Below are positions 31,227 through 41,050 of a stretch of DNA of 64,000 bases, in pieces. How positions within the stretch are numbered: the stretch's first letter is position 1; each line of letters begins with the position of its first letter. A program made the position numbers and the translations under genes. Source of the stretch: Spirochaetota bacterium. Lineage in GTDB: Bacteria > Spirochaetota > UBA4802 > UB4802. Below the pieces are notes generated by a model. The model saw only the letters and a list, made by a program, of their open reading frames with translations. It was not told where the DNA came from and did not search any database. The DNA is taken from contig JBBFLA010000013.1 in assembly GCA_037481795.1 (NCBI GenBank), positions 3,902 to 67,901 on the forward strand. The letters are read 5' to 3'.

Positions 31227-32984
31227 TTATGCTATTGAAATCCCTGTGGCAATACTTTCATGGATATGGTGTGCAAGCATATCATTAATCCTGTATTCAT
31301 GAAAAACAATATCATCAATTGTCTCCATTAATGTTTTCCGTTTAACTTCATTAGCTTCTTCCCTGAGTTCTAAAGATAATTTTTTCAAAAGCCTTTTGTT
31401 GGTAGAAGTGATTATTTTTATAGGCAGTTTTTCAAGATTACCACGCAAAACTTTAACAGTAAAAAATTGAGTTTCATAAATATATTGCAGAAGACAAGAA
31501 TTTAAAACAGCAACAAGAACATCCGGGTCCAGCTGTGGTGATAGTGGAATAAAACCATTAACATTATTAAGAGTATACAAGCCATGCGGGTCAACGGCAA
31601 AGGTCAGGTACCTGCCAATAAATTTATATAGTATCTTATTTTTTGTAAGATAACATTGTTGCTCGGCAACCTGTTGCAATGTGTCTACATTGTATTTGAA
31701 ATAATGGTTGCTGAAATTAATACGGAATTTCTCAAGGTCTTTGCCAATAATTATTGGATCAGGATGTGTTGAGTCTTTGATAGTGCTGATATGATAGTCA
31801 TTATTGCCTGTGACAATGCCAAGAAAAAATTTTACTGTATCTTTTAATGTAATGTACGATAGTGTATGAATATGCTCTAATAGTGCTACTGCTTTTCGTG
31901 TATAGTTGATGGAGAAAATGGATTCATGCGTAGTACAATACATATGTTGGGGTATCGGCTGTGCGATAGTTGTTAATGATTTTGCATGCTTTATGTGAAC
32001 AATATGTTTCTTGCGAATTTCTTCCCGTGGCTCCTTTTGAACAGTAAGCGATATTGCCGGTGCATAAACTCCTTTAAAACAATCTCCCCATTGAACGATT
32101 TCTTTAATCACAGTATTTGAAAGTAACATATCCCGTGAGTTCTGATGTGCTTTGATGTTGAGGTATGCTTCAGGGATTAAGAATGACAAAGTTCCGCGTT
32201 CCTGTAAAAGACAAAGTGAGCGTTCAATAAATAATGTAAAACTGTTTATACCACTTATAGCCGAAAAATAATGCTGTTTGAAATATTGCTTTTGTTTATG
32301 GGTAAAATATGCTCCCCAGGGAGGGTTGCCAATAATGATATCAAATAATAAATTATTATTTTTATGAAAAAGATCTTCTGTTGAAAGCATATCCCTGTGG
32401 AAAATGTTAGTATGTGTGCCCGAAAGTCTTTTGATATTCCACTGTGCAATCATACATGCAACAGGATCAATATCATAGCCAAACAGGTTATTATGACAGA
32501 TTATATATGCAGCTTCTTCCTGAGAAATACCAAGTTGTTTGTAGAGCGTAATAAGATATTGATATGCATAGATCAAAAATTGTCCCGATCCACATGCTGG
32601 ATCAAGAATTTTAACAGTTAAAGGATTATCGTGGTGTTGCAGCACATGTTCAACCATATACTGTACAATAGCAGGTGGCGTAAAGAATTGCCCTTTCTTT
32701 TTTTTATCATGGGTATCTTTGATATTCTGGTAAATATAACCAGCCAGATCTCCGTGCTGTATTATGTCCCATTCAGTTATCACTCGCAAAAGGTCATTGC
32801 ATGCTGTGATTCCCTGGTTTGATAATGGGAGTGTTATTTCCTTCTGGAAAAGAATGTGTTCCAGTATTGCTGTGATAGCATCAGTTCTACTGGGCAAGAC
32901 ATTAATATCTTTTTTTAGTTGCCCGATGCAGAAATCGATATAATGAATGTTATGGGTAATATATGAATCAAATTTTTTTTTCAT
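31227..32984 (-). CDS. N6-adenine DNA methyltransferase, gamma-class (TaqI/Eco57I-like) with TaqI-type specificity domain; no adjacent endonuclease
   Basis: Motif I ILDPACGSGQFL. Motif IV IIGNPPWGA. C-terminal FFLGIVTGNNDYHIS and IIGKDLEKFRINF resemble the TaqI-like target recognition domain. 585 aa. Confidence 0.75.
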   Translation of the reverse strand: MKKKFDSYITHNIHYIDFCIGQLKKDINVLPSRTDAITAILEHILFQKEITLPLSNQGITACNDLLRVITEWDIIQHGDLAGYIYQNIKDTHDKKKKGQFFTPPAIVQYMVEHVLQHHDNPLTVKILDPACGSGQFLIYAYQYLITLYKQLGISQEEAAYIICHNNLFGYDIDPVACMIAQWNIKRLSGTHTNIFHRDMLSTEDLFHKNNNLLFDIIIGNPPWGAYFTHKQKQYFKQHYFSAISGINSFTLFIERSLCLLQERGTLSFLIPEAYLNIKAHQNSRDMLLSNTVIKEIVQWGDCFKGVYAPAISLTVQKEPREEIRKKHIVHIKHAKSLTTIAQPIPQHMYCTTHESIFSINYTRKAVALLEHIHTLSYITLKDTVKFFLGIVTGNNDYHISTIKDSTHPDPIIIGKDLEKFRINFSNHYFKYNVDTLQQVAEQQCYLTKNKILYKFIGRYLTFAVDPHGLYTLNNVNGFIPLSPQLDPDVLVAVLNSCLLQYIYETQFFTVKVLRGNLEKLPIKIITSTNKRLLKKLSLELREEANEVKRKTLMETIDDIVFHEYRINDMLAHHIHESIATGISIA

Positions 32985-33081
32985 AGTAACTATCGGTTAC
33001 AAAATAATTAATGAAGAAAAGATTGCTTATATTTACATATCGATATATTGTACAAAAACGATTAGCTTTTGTGAGGAAACA

Positions 33082-33432
33082 ATGCACGAATTATCTATAA
33101 TGTCCAATGTCCTTGATATCGTTGTCCAGCATGCATCGCAAAACGGTGCAAGCAGGGTAACTAAAATACATCTTCTGGTGGGGGAATTGTCTGATTATAT
33201 TCCTGAATGGATGCAGACATATTTTGATTTTGTAAGCAAGGATACCATTGCCGAGAAAGCTGAACTGGTTGTTGAAATGGTGAAGGCCTCACTGAAATGT
33301 GATGATTGCGGCAACGAATTTCATTTTAATAAAAATGACTGGCAATTTAGCTGTCCACAGTGTAGTTCTCCCAATGTAACCATTATATCAGGAAGAGAAC
33401 TTACCGTAAAAAGTATAGAGATAGAGGGGTAA
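33082..33432 (+). CDS. hypA: hydrogenase nickel-insertion/maturation factor HypA
   Basis: N-terminal MHELS(I)M nickel-binding motif. C-terminal CDDCGNEF...CPQCSS zinc site. 116 aa. GAGGAA RBS 4 nt upstream. The start was chosen at 33082 rather than the track's 32947, which overlaps the divergent MTase start. Confidence 0.8.
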   Translation: MHELSIMSNVLDIVVQHASQNGASRVTKIHLLVGELSDYIPEWMQTYFDFVSKDTIAEKAELVVEMVKASLKCDDCGNEFHFNKNDWQFSCPQCSSPNVTIISGRELTVKSIEIEG

Positions 33433-33433
33433 T

Positions 33434-33922
33434 ATGATCAGTGTTGCGATAGTTGTGGTAAGTGATAGGTCCTACAGAAAAGAGCGTGAGGACCTTTCAG
33501 GCAAAGCTATTGAGCAGTGGGCAAAGAGCAGGGGATATAGTGTGGTTGAATTTTGTATTGTTCCCGATGATCGTGAGATGATAGCACAAACTTTGCGGGA
33601 CCTGTGTGCAAAGAATATTAATTGTATTCTGACAACAGGTGGGACAGGGTTTGCGCCCCGCGATGTCACGCCTGAGGCAACGGCTGATGTAATTGAACGC
33701 TATGCTCCAGGATTTGCGGAAGCCATGCGCTATGCTTCCCTTGCAATAACTAAACATGCAATGCTGTCTCGAGCCATAGCAGGTATCAGAGGATCTTCAA
33801 TTATTATTAATCTTCCAGGAAGCCCAAAAGCTGTTGTGGAACATTTAGAGGTTATTCAGGATGCTCTACCGCATGCTGTCAGGCTTGTGCAGGGTCAGGT
33901 TAAAGACTGTGCCCATGAGTAA
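33434..33922 (+). CDS. MogA/MoaB-family molybdopterin adenylyltransferase-like protein
   Basis: LTTGGTGFAPRDVTPEA is the GGTG signature of the MogA/MoaB fold. 162 aa. It starts 1 nt after the hypA stop. Confidence 0.75.
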   Translation: MISVAIVVVSDRSYRKEREDLSGKAIEQWAKSRGYSVVEFCIVPDDREMIAQTLRDLCAKNINCILTTGGTGFAPRDVTPEATADVIERYAPGFAEAMRYASLAITKHAMLSRAIAGIRGSSIIINLPGSPKAVVEHLEVIQDALPHAVRLVQGQVKDCAHE

Positions 33923-34151
33923 AATTTGATTGTATTTGCCATCTAACCATACCGATACTATATATAGTACTCATATCTTTACTGTTTATGTATTTTAATA
34001 TTATCACGTGAGTTTATTTAAAAAAAGTGTTTTCAATGTATGCTTGTGTGGGCAATCATTAATTGACAGGCACATTACTGTGATAAAAATGATGTGCTGA
34101 AGTCATCTGGATGGGGGAAGCATAGAGAAATCTTTAAAGCAATTATTTAAT

Positions 34152-35651
34152 GTGGTAAAAACAATTTTTTATATTAATTCTGTATACATGAAAAATTTTA
34201 TGAAAAAATGCATAACATATACTGTTGTGGTTGTATTCACAGTATTTCTTTATATGCTTGGTGTGTTGTCTGCAGGGCCAATTGTTTCAATTGAACGTAT
34301 CATTGTAGATTCATTCCCTGAGATTACCATAAAGGGTATTATACACAAACCTGAAGGAGTACAGATAAATACTGTAGGCAGGGAAAATTTTGCTGTTGTG
34401 GAAGATAATACATCTATTAAAGAGTTTACTGTAAAGTCACTGGATACAGATAGCTATATTGCGCTGTGTATTGATGCAAGCAAGAGTTTATCAAAGAAAA
34501 ATTTTTTAAAGCTTAAAAAAATAGCTTTAAACATCATAAAAAAAAGTACAGGTAAATATAAGTTTATAGTATATACATTTAATGATGAAGTTGTAACACT
34601 GAGTACTTTTTCAAAAGATATAGCCAGTTTTACTGAAACAATTGAGTCAATACAGCAGCATGGCAAACGAACAAAGCTATATAATTGTTTGTTTACCGCC
34701 ACAGAAGAATTAGCTCGCCAGGATGGTGGAAAATCCATTATTCTACTAACTGATGGAAAAGATGAAGGCAGTTTTATGTTGCCTGATGATGTTGTCACGA
34801 ATGCCCGTGAGCATGCAATCCCTATATATACAATTGTCCCTGAACGGTGTTCAAAAGCTGCTGCAGTGAGCAGGTTAAGTAAGATTACCAAAGGGAAACT
34901 GTTTGTTGCTACTGCAGGGGTGGAAGATACGGTGATTGACGTACTGCAAAAACGGATGCTACCCGATACAATCCCATTTGAAATCTTGTTTAAAACAAAA
35001 AAACATGATGATGCCATTCATCCCATAGAAGTGCACTTTAAATACCGATCAATGCAGGATAATGATACCGGGTATGTAAAATACTCATTTCCAAAAAATA
35101 CATATACAATACATACTGATCTTCCATTTGTGGTGATGGCAGGGATTATTGTGCTTTTAGTAATAGCGCTGGTTATTGTTATTCTGGTTTTTATAAATAA
35201 ATGGAAACTGATCGTTGAGCTTGTAAGCATGCAACGAATACCACAGCCTGTTCAGAGATACTATTCGGTGCTCTATGAAAAAGATGAAGCTATAAAAAAA
35301 GATACCGATACGCTGCTTCTGGCAACATCTCCTGAATACAGTTATACAAATGCATGGCTGGTTGAAAAAAGTGGACCTGAAACAGGGAAAAAATTTCCTC
35401 TTATATGGGATGAGGTAACAATAGGACGGGATAAAGAGAATACCATAGTCATCAATGATGATGCTGTTTCCCTGAAACATGCAAAAATTAAAAAAGTTGG
35501 GAATACCTACTATCTTTTTGACCTTGCCAGTGATAATGGGACATTTTTAAACAATAAAAAATTATTGCGTCCCAAACCTCTTTCAGATTGGGATGAAATA
35601 CAGATAGGGCGAACCACCATTCTATTCCGTGGAACAAAGATAAAGCATTAG
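34152..35651 (+). CDS. membrane protein with extracytoplasmic vWA domain, one TM helix and cytoplasmic C-terminal FHA domain
   Basis: vWA MIDAS-like DASKSLS with a later TDGKDEG. TM helix LPFVVMAGIIVLLVIALVIVILVFI. FHA signature TIGRDKENTIVINDDAVSLKHAKI...LFDLASDNGTFLNNKK. Confidence 0.7.
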   Translation: MVKTIFYINSVYMKNFMKKCITYTVVVVFTVFLYMLGVLSAGPIVSIERIIVDSFPEITIKGIIHKPEGVQINTVGRENFAVVEDNTSIKEFTVKSLDTDSYIALCIDASKSLSKKNFLKLKKIALNIIKKSTGKYKFIVYTFNDEVVTLSTFSKDIASFTETIESIQQHGKRTKLYNCLFTATEELARQDGGKSIILLTDGKDEGSFMLPDDVVTNAREHAIPIYTIVPERCSKAAAVSRLSKITKGKLFVATAGVEDTVIDVLQKRMLPDTIPFEILFKTKKHDDAIHPIEVHFKYRSMQDNDTGYVKYSFPKNTYTIHTDLPFVVMAGIIVLLVIALVIVILVFINKWKLIVELVSMQRIPQPVQRYYSVLYEKDEAIKKDTDTLLLATSPEYSYTNAWLVEKSGPETGKKFPLIWDEVTIGRDKENTIVINDDAVSLKHAKIKKVGNTYYLFDLASDNGTFLNNKKLLRPKPLSDWDEIQIGRTTILFRGTKIKH

Positions 35652-35656
35652 ATAGT

Positions 35657-37165
35657 ATGCCTCTCAAAGTACTGTTGCTATCACCGCCAATATTTGATTT
35701 CTATTATAGCTTTCATCGCTCAGAACCATTGGGTCTTCTATACATGAAAGAAGCATTAGCGGAATATGACTGGCTTTGCGTTACAATCTTTGATGCACGG
35801 TACAAAGGCACTACCAAGGCAATTCAAATGCCTGAGATATTTAGTTATCTTCATCATCTGTATGTACAGGATACGTCTTGGTTTAGCCTTTTTCATGGAT
35901 TTAAACGATTTGGATATTCATATGATACCATTGTTAATTATATAAAAGAAAATGCATATGATGTTGTATGTATTAGCTCTCTATTTTCAGCATATCACCA
36001 TGACGTGGAGGTGCTAGTATCAAGAATTAAAAAGGAAACTGGGGCGATAGTTATTGTTGGAGGTTGGGCTGTATGGGCTGATACAAACATTATAGAAAAC
36101 GGCAAGGCTGACTTTTATGTTCGTGGGGACGGAGAGTTAACATTGCCTGAGCTTCTGCAGGAGATATATTGTTCAAATGGCAACATTGCACATCTTCCGA
36201 AACTCATTAATAGTGAAAGTGTATCAGTCAACGAATTATTCATGAATACATTCCCGCATCGTGATACCTGGTATGCATATTATGGTAAACGAATGGCAAA
36301 TATCATATGTAGTAAAGGTTGTGTGTATCGCTGCGATTTTTGTTCAATTCACTCTCGATATCATTACCACCAGCGCAGTATTCATTCTATTCAACAAGAA
36401 CTTGAATACCTGTATTCACACGGAGTGAAAATAGTCAATTTTGAGGATGACAATTTTTTATTTAACAGGAGTTTCGCTAAACAGTTACTATCGCTCATGA
36501 AATACTATAAAACAAAAGGGATGCAATTTTTATGTATGAATGGTGTAACAGCATCCAACCTCTATGCGGTAATTAATGATGCGCTGGAAGCGGGATTTTT
36601 AGAATTCAACCTTTCACTTGTTTCATCACATGAAGAGGTTGTTGTGCATCACAATCGTCCAGCATTACAGGATATTATAAAGGATATTGCATGGAAGAGT
36701 GTGGGAAAAGTCAGGGTGATAGTATATATCATTGCGGGGTTACCTGGTGCTACAGTTACAACATGTATTGATGATATTCTTTTTTTAGCTTCGTTGCCTG
36801 TAATAATAGGATTTTCTCCCCTCTATATGCTGCCAGGGGTACAGCTATTTGAAAGCATGGGAGTTCCTGAAGACAGGCGGTTGTGCAGAGGGAGTGCCCT
36901 GTATTCATTTGGAGAAGGTTTTACTCGTGAAGATATTGCAGCACTGTGGAAGTTATGCCGTTTTATTAACAGGCTTAAGATTGCTAATGAAAATACTGAT
37001 GAGTTGAATGTGCATTATGAGTTCTACAAAAAAGCATGCAAAGAACATGTGTGGTATTATCGCAACAAAAATGGCTTGTGGCATGAAGGCTTTTCGTTTT
37101 CTGCATTCCTTCCTGAAAGTTTTACTATATGTGATATTAATGGTGTCACAAAATGTATTGGCTGA
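35657..37165 (+). CDS. B12-binding-domain radical SAM protein
   Basis: N-terminal KVLLLSPP...PLGLLYM...VRGDGELTLPELL (B12-binding-like). SKGCVYRCDFCS is the CxxxCxxC radical SAM cluster motif. 502 aa. It lies 5 bp after the vWA-FHA gene. Confidence 0.8.
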   Translation: MPLKVLLLSPPIFDFYYSFHRSEPLGLLYMKEALAEYDWLCVTIFDARYKGTTKAIQMPEIFSYLHHLYVQDTSWFSLFHGFKRFGYSYDTIVNYIKENAYDVVCISSLFSAYHHDVEVLVSRIKKETGAIVIVGGWAVWADTNIIENGKADFYVRGDGELTLPELLQEIYCSNGNIAHLPKLINSESVSVNELFMNTFPHRDTWYAYYGKRMANIICSKGCVYRCDFCSIHSRYHYHQRSIHSIQQELEYLYSHGVKIVNFEDDNFLFNRSFAKQLLSLMKYYKTKGMQFLCMNGVTASNLYAVINDALEAGFLEFNLSLVSSHEEVVVHHNRPALQDIIKDIAWKSVGKVRVIVYIIAGLPGATVTTCIDDILFLASLPVIIGFSPLYMLPGVQLFESMGVPEDRRLCRGSALYSFGEGFTREDIAALWKLCRFINRLKIANENTDELNVHYEFYKKACKEHVWYYRNKNGLWHEGFSFSAFLPESFTICDINGVTKCIG

Positions 37166-37166
37166 G

Positions 37167-37850
37167 TTATTCTTTATACATAATAAAAAGATAATTAAAT
37201 CCTCGTAAGAAAAAATTTCCTTCTAATGCTGCTTTATGGTAGTTTCCCATCTGAAGTGTCTTGTTGTGGCGTACTACTGCCACGATATCAATTGGGATGA
37301 AATATTTTGTCAACAGTGAAAACAAACGGAATCCAATAGGTACAAATCCATCTTTTTTGTTGTAGTAGTCACATACGTATAAGCCCATGTAGCGCTCATG
37401 TTTTAATATTCTATGAATCTCTTGGATAACCTGTTCCATAGCAGCAAAATACTCTTGTTCAGTTGCTTTCAGTTTGCCAATACAATCCTTTTCATCTGAA
37501 TATTGTATATTGTCGCCATAGGGTGGATCTATGAAAACAAAGTCGGCTGTATTGTTTTCAAGAGGTAATTTACGTGCATCAGCTTTGATTATGTCTTTAC
37601 GGTATGGGTGAATATCATAGCCCAGGCATTTTCTACCTGTATCTTTGCAAACATCAATGGTAGTACCACTGCCGCACATGGGATCAACAACAAGATCTCC
37701 CTTTTTTGTAAAGCGCATGAGAAGATTCCAAATGATATATGATGGGGTGGCCCCAGGGTAGTTCTGGTTGCCCTGTTGTTTATTTCCATAATGCTGTGAA
37801 GGATAATTCCACAACGTGGTAGTTTGAATGCTTAATGGTGGCTTAAACAT
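37167..37850 (-). CDS. compact SAM-dependent methyltransferase with DNA N6A/N4C-MTase-type motifs (FxGxG then DPPY)
   Basis: YPGATPSYIIWNLL...GDLVVDPMCGSGTT (HPAxFP-like plus motif I) is followed 55 aa later by FIDPPYG (motif IV). 227 aa. Its stop lies 1 nt from the stop of the convergent radical SAM gene. Confidence 0.5.
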   Translation of the reverse strand: MFKPPLSIQTTTLWNYPSQHYGNKQQGNQNYPGATPSYIIWNLLMRFTKKGDLVVDPMCGSGTTIDVCKDTGRKCLGYDIHPYRKDIIKADARKLPLENNTADFVFIDPPYGDNIQYSDEKDCIGKLKATEQEYFAAMEQVIQEIHRILKHERYMGLYVCDYYNKKDGFVPIGFRLFSLLTKYFIPIDIVAVVRHNKTLQMGNYHKAALEGNFFLRGFNYLFIMYKE

Positions 37851-38197
37851 ATACTGCTCCCTTTCTAATAAACTATACCAGTAAATAAATATATCAATTA
37901 TTTTAAGAAATTATTACTAAAAAAGCTGATGAATATTTAACGTATTACTATTTTGCAAATATCAACAATAGAGAAAAATTTTCTCAATTTCAGATATATC
38001 ACAGAATGAGAAGAAAAAAAATACTATTAATGCTAACACATGTATAAAGAAAAAAATAACATTTAGTATTTAAATAATTCTGGAACAATAGCGTGAATAT
38101 TTCCATAGCCTTTGTAAGTATGAATGTTCAGTACCTGGTTTTTAAAAGGACGGGTAATAAAAATAATACAAAAAAAGGAATATTTTGGAGGAGGTTT

Positions 38198-38737
38198 ATG
38201 GATAACAGAAGTTCTGATTGTATTGCTCAATGTTATGTTCTGTATGGCAATTATGTCAAAAAAATCATTGCAAGGTTTTATCCTGATAAAGACGAAATTG
38301 AAGATATATTTCATGATGTTTTTTTGAAGTTGTTGCATGCTGGCTTTTGCAATGATCCCCATTCGCGTAAAACTAAAAACTATATCTTAAAGACAACACG
38401 GCATATTTGTATTTCCCGTAAGAGAAAAGAAATTGCACGGCAAAAATATTGTAACAACAAGAATCCTGAGATTTTTATAGATATGGATACTGTCACTGAT
38501 ATGCAAATCAAGGATATTGGGGATACTGTAATTGAAGGCATGATTGTAAGCACTCTCCATGATGTTATTGATGAACTTGAACATGATGAACAGAATCTTA
38601 TATTAGATAAATATTTTCATAACAAGAAATATATACAATTGGCTGCAGAACAGGGGGGTTCATATTATTTTATAAAAAGAAAGCTTTTAACAGTTAACAA
38701 TAAGTTACGGCAAAAATTAATAAATACTATTGTATAG
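38198..38737 (+). CDS. ECF-type sigma-70 family RNA polymerase sigma factor (tentative)
   Basis: Region-2-like IEDIFHDVFLKLL and a C-terminal region-4-like helix-turn-helix. GGAGGAGG RBS 4 nt upstream of ATG 38198. About 180 aa. Confidence 0.55.
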   Translation: MDNRSSDCIAQCYVLYGNYVKKIIARFYPDKDEIEDIFHDVFLKLLHAGFCNDPHSRKTKNYILKTTRHICISRKRKEIARQKYCNNKNPEIFIDMDTVTDMQIKDIGDTVIEGMIVSTLHDVIDELEHDEQNLILDKYFHNKKYIQLAAEQGGSYYFIKRKLLTVNNKLRQKLINTIV

Positions 38738-38851
38738 TAATATAGATTACAGATGTTTTATTATTTAGCTTGAAATTTATCGATATCTATTGTAGAAGTA
38801 GCCTGTTTATATTACGTATATAGTAAATCATAGATATCGGAAGGTTTTGCT

Positions 38852-41008
38852 TTGAAATATATAATTATCTTATTTTGTTTTTTTACAATTGTGTATGCTT
38901 TGTATGTTGTGCTGGTTAATGTCCTGAAACGGTTTTCGTATGCAGTGAATAGGTGGTTTTCATTTATAGCGTTGCTTACTGCAGGGATGATTGCATGCCT
39001 GCTGATGCCTTTTTTTATTTCAAATATTGATATAACAGAGTTAACACGCTGGTATTTTGCATTAATTATAATCATTAATCAGGCCTTCTTCCACTATACA
39101 CAGATATTCCCACGCTGGGAGAAAAAGAGCCCTCTGTTTATTATTATTATTTCAGCAATTCCAGGAGTGATTACTTTTTTACTTACGGTGGTATCCAATG
39201 GTATAATTCTTTCTGCTTCTTTTGATGGACTCCATATTAGGTTTGTATATGGTCAGTTTATAGTGCTGTATCTGGTTGTTTTTGTTTTTTATATCATGGG
39301 TACGTTCCTCACCTTGTATTATAAAGTACGACGCCTGGAGAATACCTCTTTCAGGTATCAGCTTTTTTATGTGTTTATGGGTAATCACGTTGGTGCACTC
39401 ATAATACTGATATCATTTATCATAATGCCCTATGTTTTCAAACGCTTTGAATATCACAGTTTAGGAATATCCTCGGCAGCTTTGTTATTATTGTATATTA
39501 ATAACTATGCTATCTCTGACGAGCGATATCTTAACTTTAAAGAATTTTATCTTAAAATATCATATTATGGTATTGTGCTACTATTCACAGTAATTCCAAC
39601 ATACTGGATTCTTGTTAACAGTTACCGTTATTTTCTGGCAGGAGGTCAGATACCTGCAATTGCTGTTGCTTTCTTAAATTTTGTATATTTAGTATTCTTC
39701 ACTCGAATTATACAGCCATATTTAGAAAAATTGATTAAAAGAGAATACGCTGGATTAGAAAAACGCTTTAATGAATTTATACAGGCGTTGTCACAGGTTG
39801 AGGAATTTGAAGGTGATCCCACATACTGGGATAGGTTCTTTACTACCACTATGGATTCACTGGAATATCTATTTAATGTCACATCTGCTTCATTTTTAAT
39901 GTATAATGAATCTGAAAAGGCATATATTTTGAGTCATACTATAGGACAACAGGCTCAGGTAAAAAGGATATCTGCTCTTGATTCACTGGTTCAGGTATGC
40001 CAGATAGCAAAAACAACAATACATCAATCATTATTCTACACTCATGAACTGATTAAGCCGTATGATGATGTACTGGCACTGGTAAAAAACAATTCTATTG
40101 AAGTTATTCTCCCATGTTTTGACCAGTCAGGAAAACTCATAGGAATACTTTTTATTGGACCTCATAAAAAAGGGAGACCATATACATTTAATGAAATTGA
40201 GTTTATGGAGTTGTATAGAGTAAAATTTAACAATGCACTTGTTAATTCACTTCAGATTGAAGAGGTAAAGTCAAAACAGATTGGTGAACATGATAATCTG
40301 GTTGTAAGTGCTATAAAAAATTCAATTATCCCCCGGCAGATGCCCTATATTGACCACATACGGATAAGCTCATTTTTTATGAACAATTCAAATTTAGGGG
40401 GTGAATTCTTCAATGCAAAGGTTTTACATAAAAATGCACTGGCTTTTTTAATATCCGATTGTTCATACAGTGGAGTGGATGCAGCAGTATTGGCATTGGA
40501 GCTTTATGCTGCGTTTGAGTCTTTATCCCCCATATATGACACGCCGGAAAAAATTATGCAGTTATTGAACTGGGTGGTATGTACATCCAAATTTACTGAA
40601 AGGTATGCCACTACATTTTGTTTTACATTTAACTCAGAAGCACTATCACTGAAATATATTAATGCAGCGTTCAATCCTTTGATTATATATGAAATTCAAA
40701 ATGATAGTTTTATAGAGTTAGATACTAAAGGAATCCCAATTGGTATTGAGAAAGATTTTATTTATGAATCAAAGGAATATGCAATCAAGGGACCGTGTAT
40801 TGGTTGTATTTACTCAAATGGCATTACTGGCGCTGTGAATCAGACAGGGCAACCGTATTCCATTGGAAGAATTAAAGATCTTATAAGGCTCCACAACAGT
40901 GAAAGCCCCGCTCTTATAATCAGGCGTATTTCTTCAGACATAGATACATATACAAGCAATACAGCGGTTAAAGAAGATATTAGTATTATTATATTCCGAA
41001 TAGAATGA
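38852..41008 (+). CDS. multi-TM (7TM-type) sensor fused to PP2C/SpoIIE Ser/Thr phosphatase
   Basis: About 280 aa of repeated hydrophobic helices. A central GAF-like segment. A C-terminal PP2C region (SDCSYSGVDAAVLALELY...) ending IIIFRIE. Confidence 0.7.
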   Translation: MKYIIILFCFFTIVYALYVVLVNVLKRFSYAVNRWFSFIALLTAGMIACLLMPFFISNIDITELTRWYFALIIIINQAFFHYTQIFPRWEKKSPLFIIIISAIPGVITFLLTVVSNGIILSASFDGLHIRFVYGQFIVLYLVVFVFYIMGTFLTLYYKVRRLENTSFRYQLFYVFMGNHVGALIILISFIIMPYVFKRFEYHSLGISSAALLLLYINNYAISDERYLNFKEFYLKISYYGIVLLFTVIPTYWILVNSYRYFLAGGQIPAIAVAFLNFVYLVFFTRIIQPYLEKLIKREYAGLEKRFNEFIQALSQVEEFEGDPTYWDRFFTTTMDSLEYLFNVTSASFLMYNESEKAYILSHTIGQQAQVKRISALDSLVQVCQIAKTTIHQSLFYTHELIKPYDDVLALVKNNSIEVILPCFDQSGKLIGILFIGPHKKGRPYTFNEIEFMELYRVKFNNALVNSLQIEEVKSKQIGEHDNLVVSAIKNSIIPRQMPYIDHIRISSFFMNNSNLGGEFFNAKVLHKNALAFLISDCSYSGVDAAVLALELYAAFESLSPIYDTPEKIMQLLNWVVCTSKFTERYATTFCFTFNSEALSLKYINAAFNPLIIYEIQNDSFIELDTKGIPIGIEKDFIYESKEYAIKGPCIGCIYSNGITGAVNQTGQPYSIGRIKDLIRLHNSESPALIIRRISSDIDTYTSNTAVKEDISIIIFRIE

Positions 41009-41050
41009 ATATTCCCAATACAATATATTCAAAAGAATAGTTTTGTCATA

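Noticed and set aside
34454-35017. 187-aa antisense ORF inside the vWA-FHA gene (also 35018-35480 ORFs)
   Set aside because: It is embedded in a well-supported coding region with recognisable vWA/FHA motifs. It is a shadow ORF.
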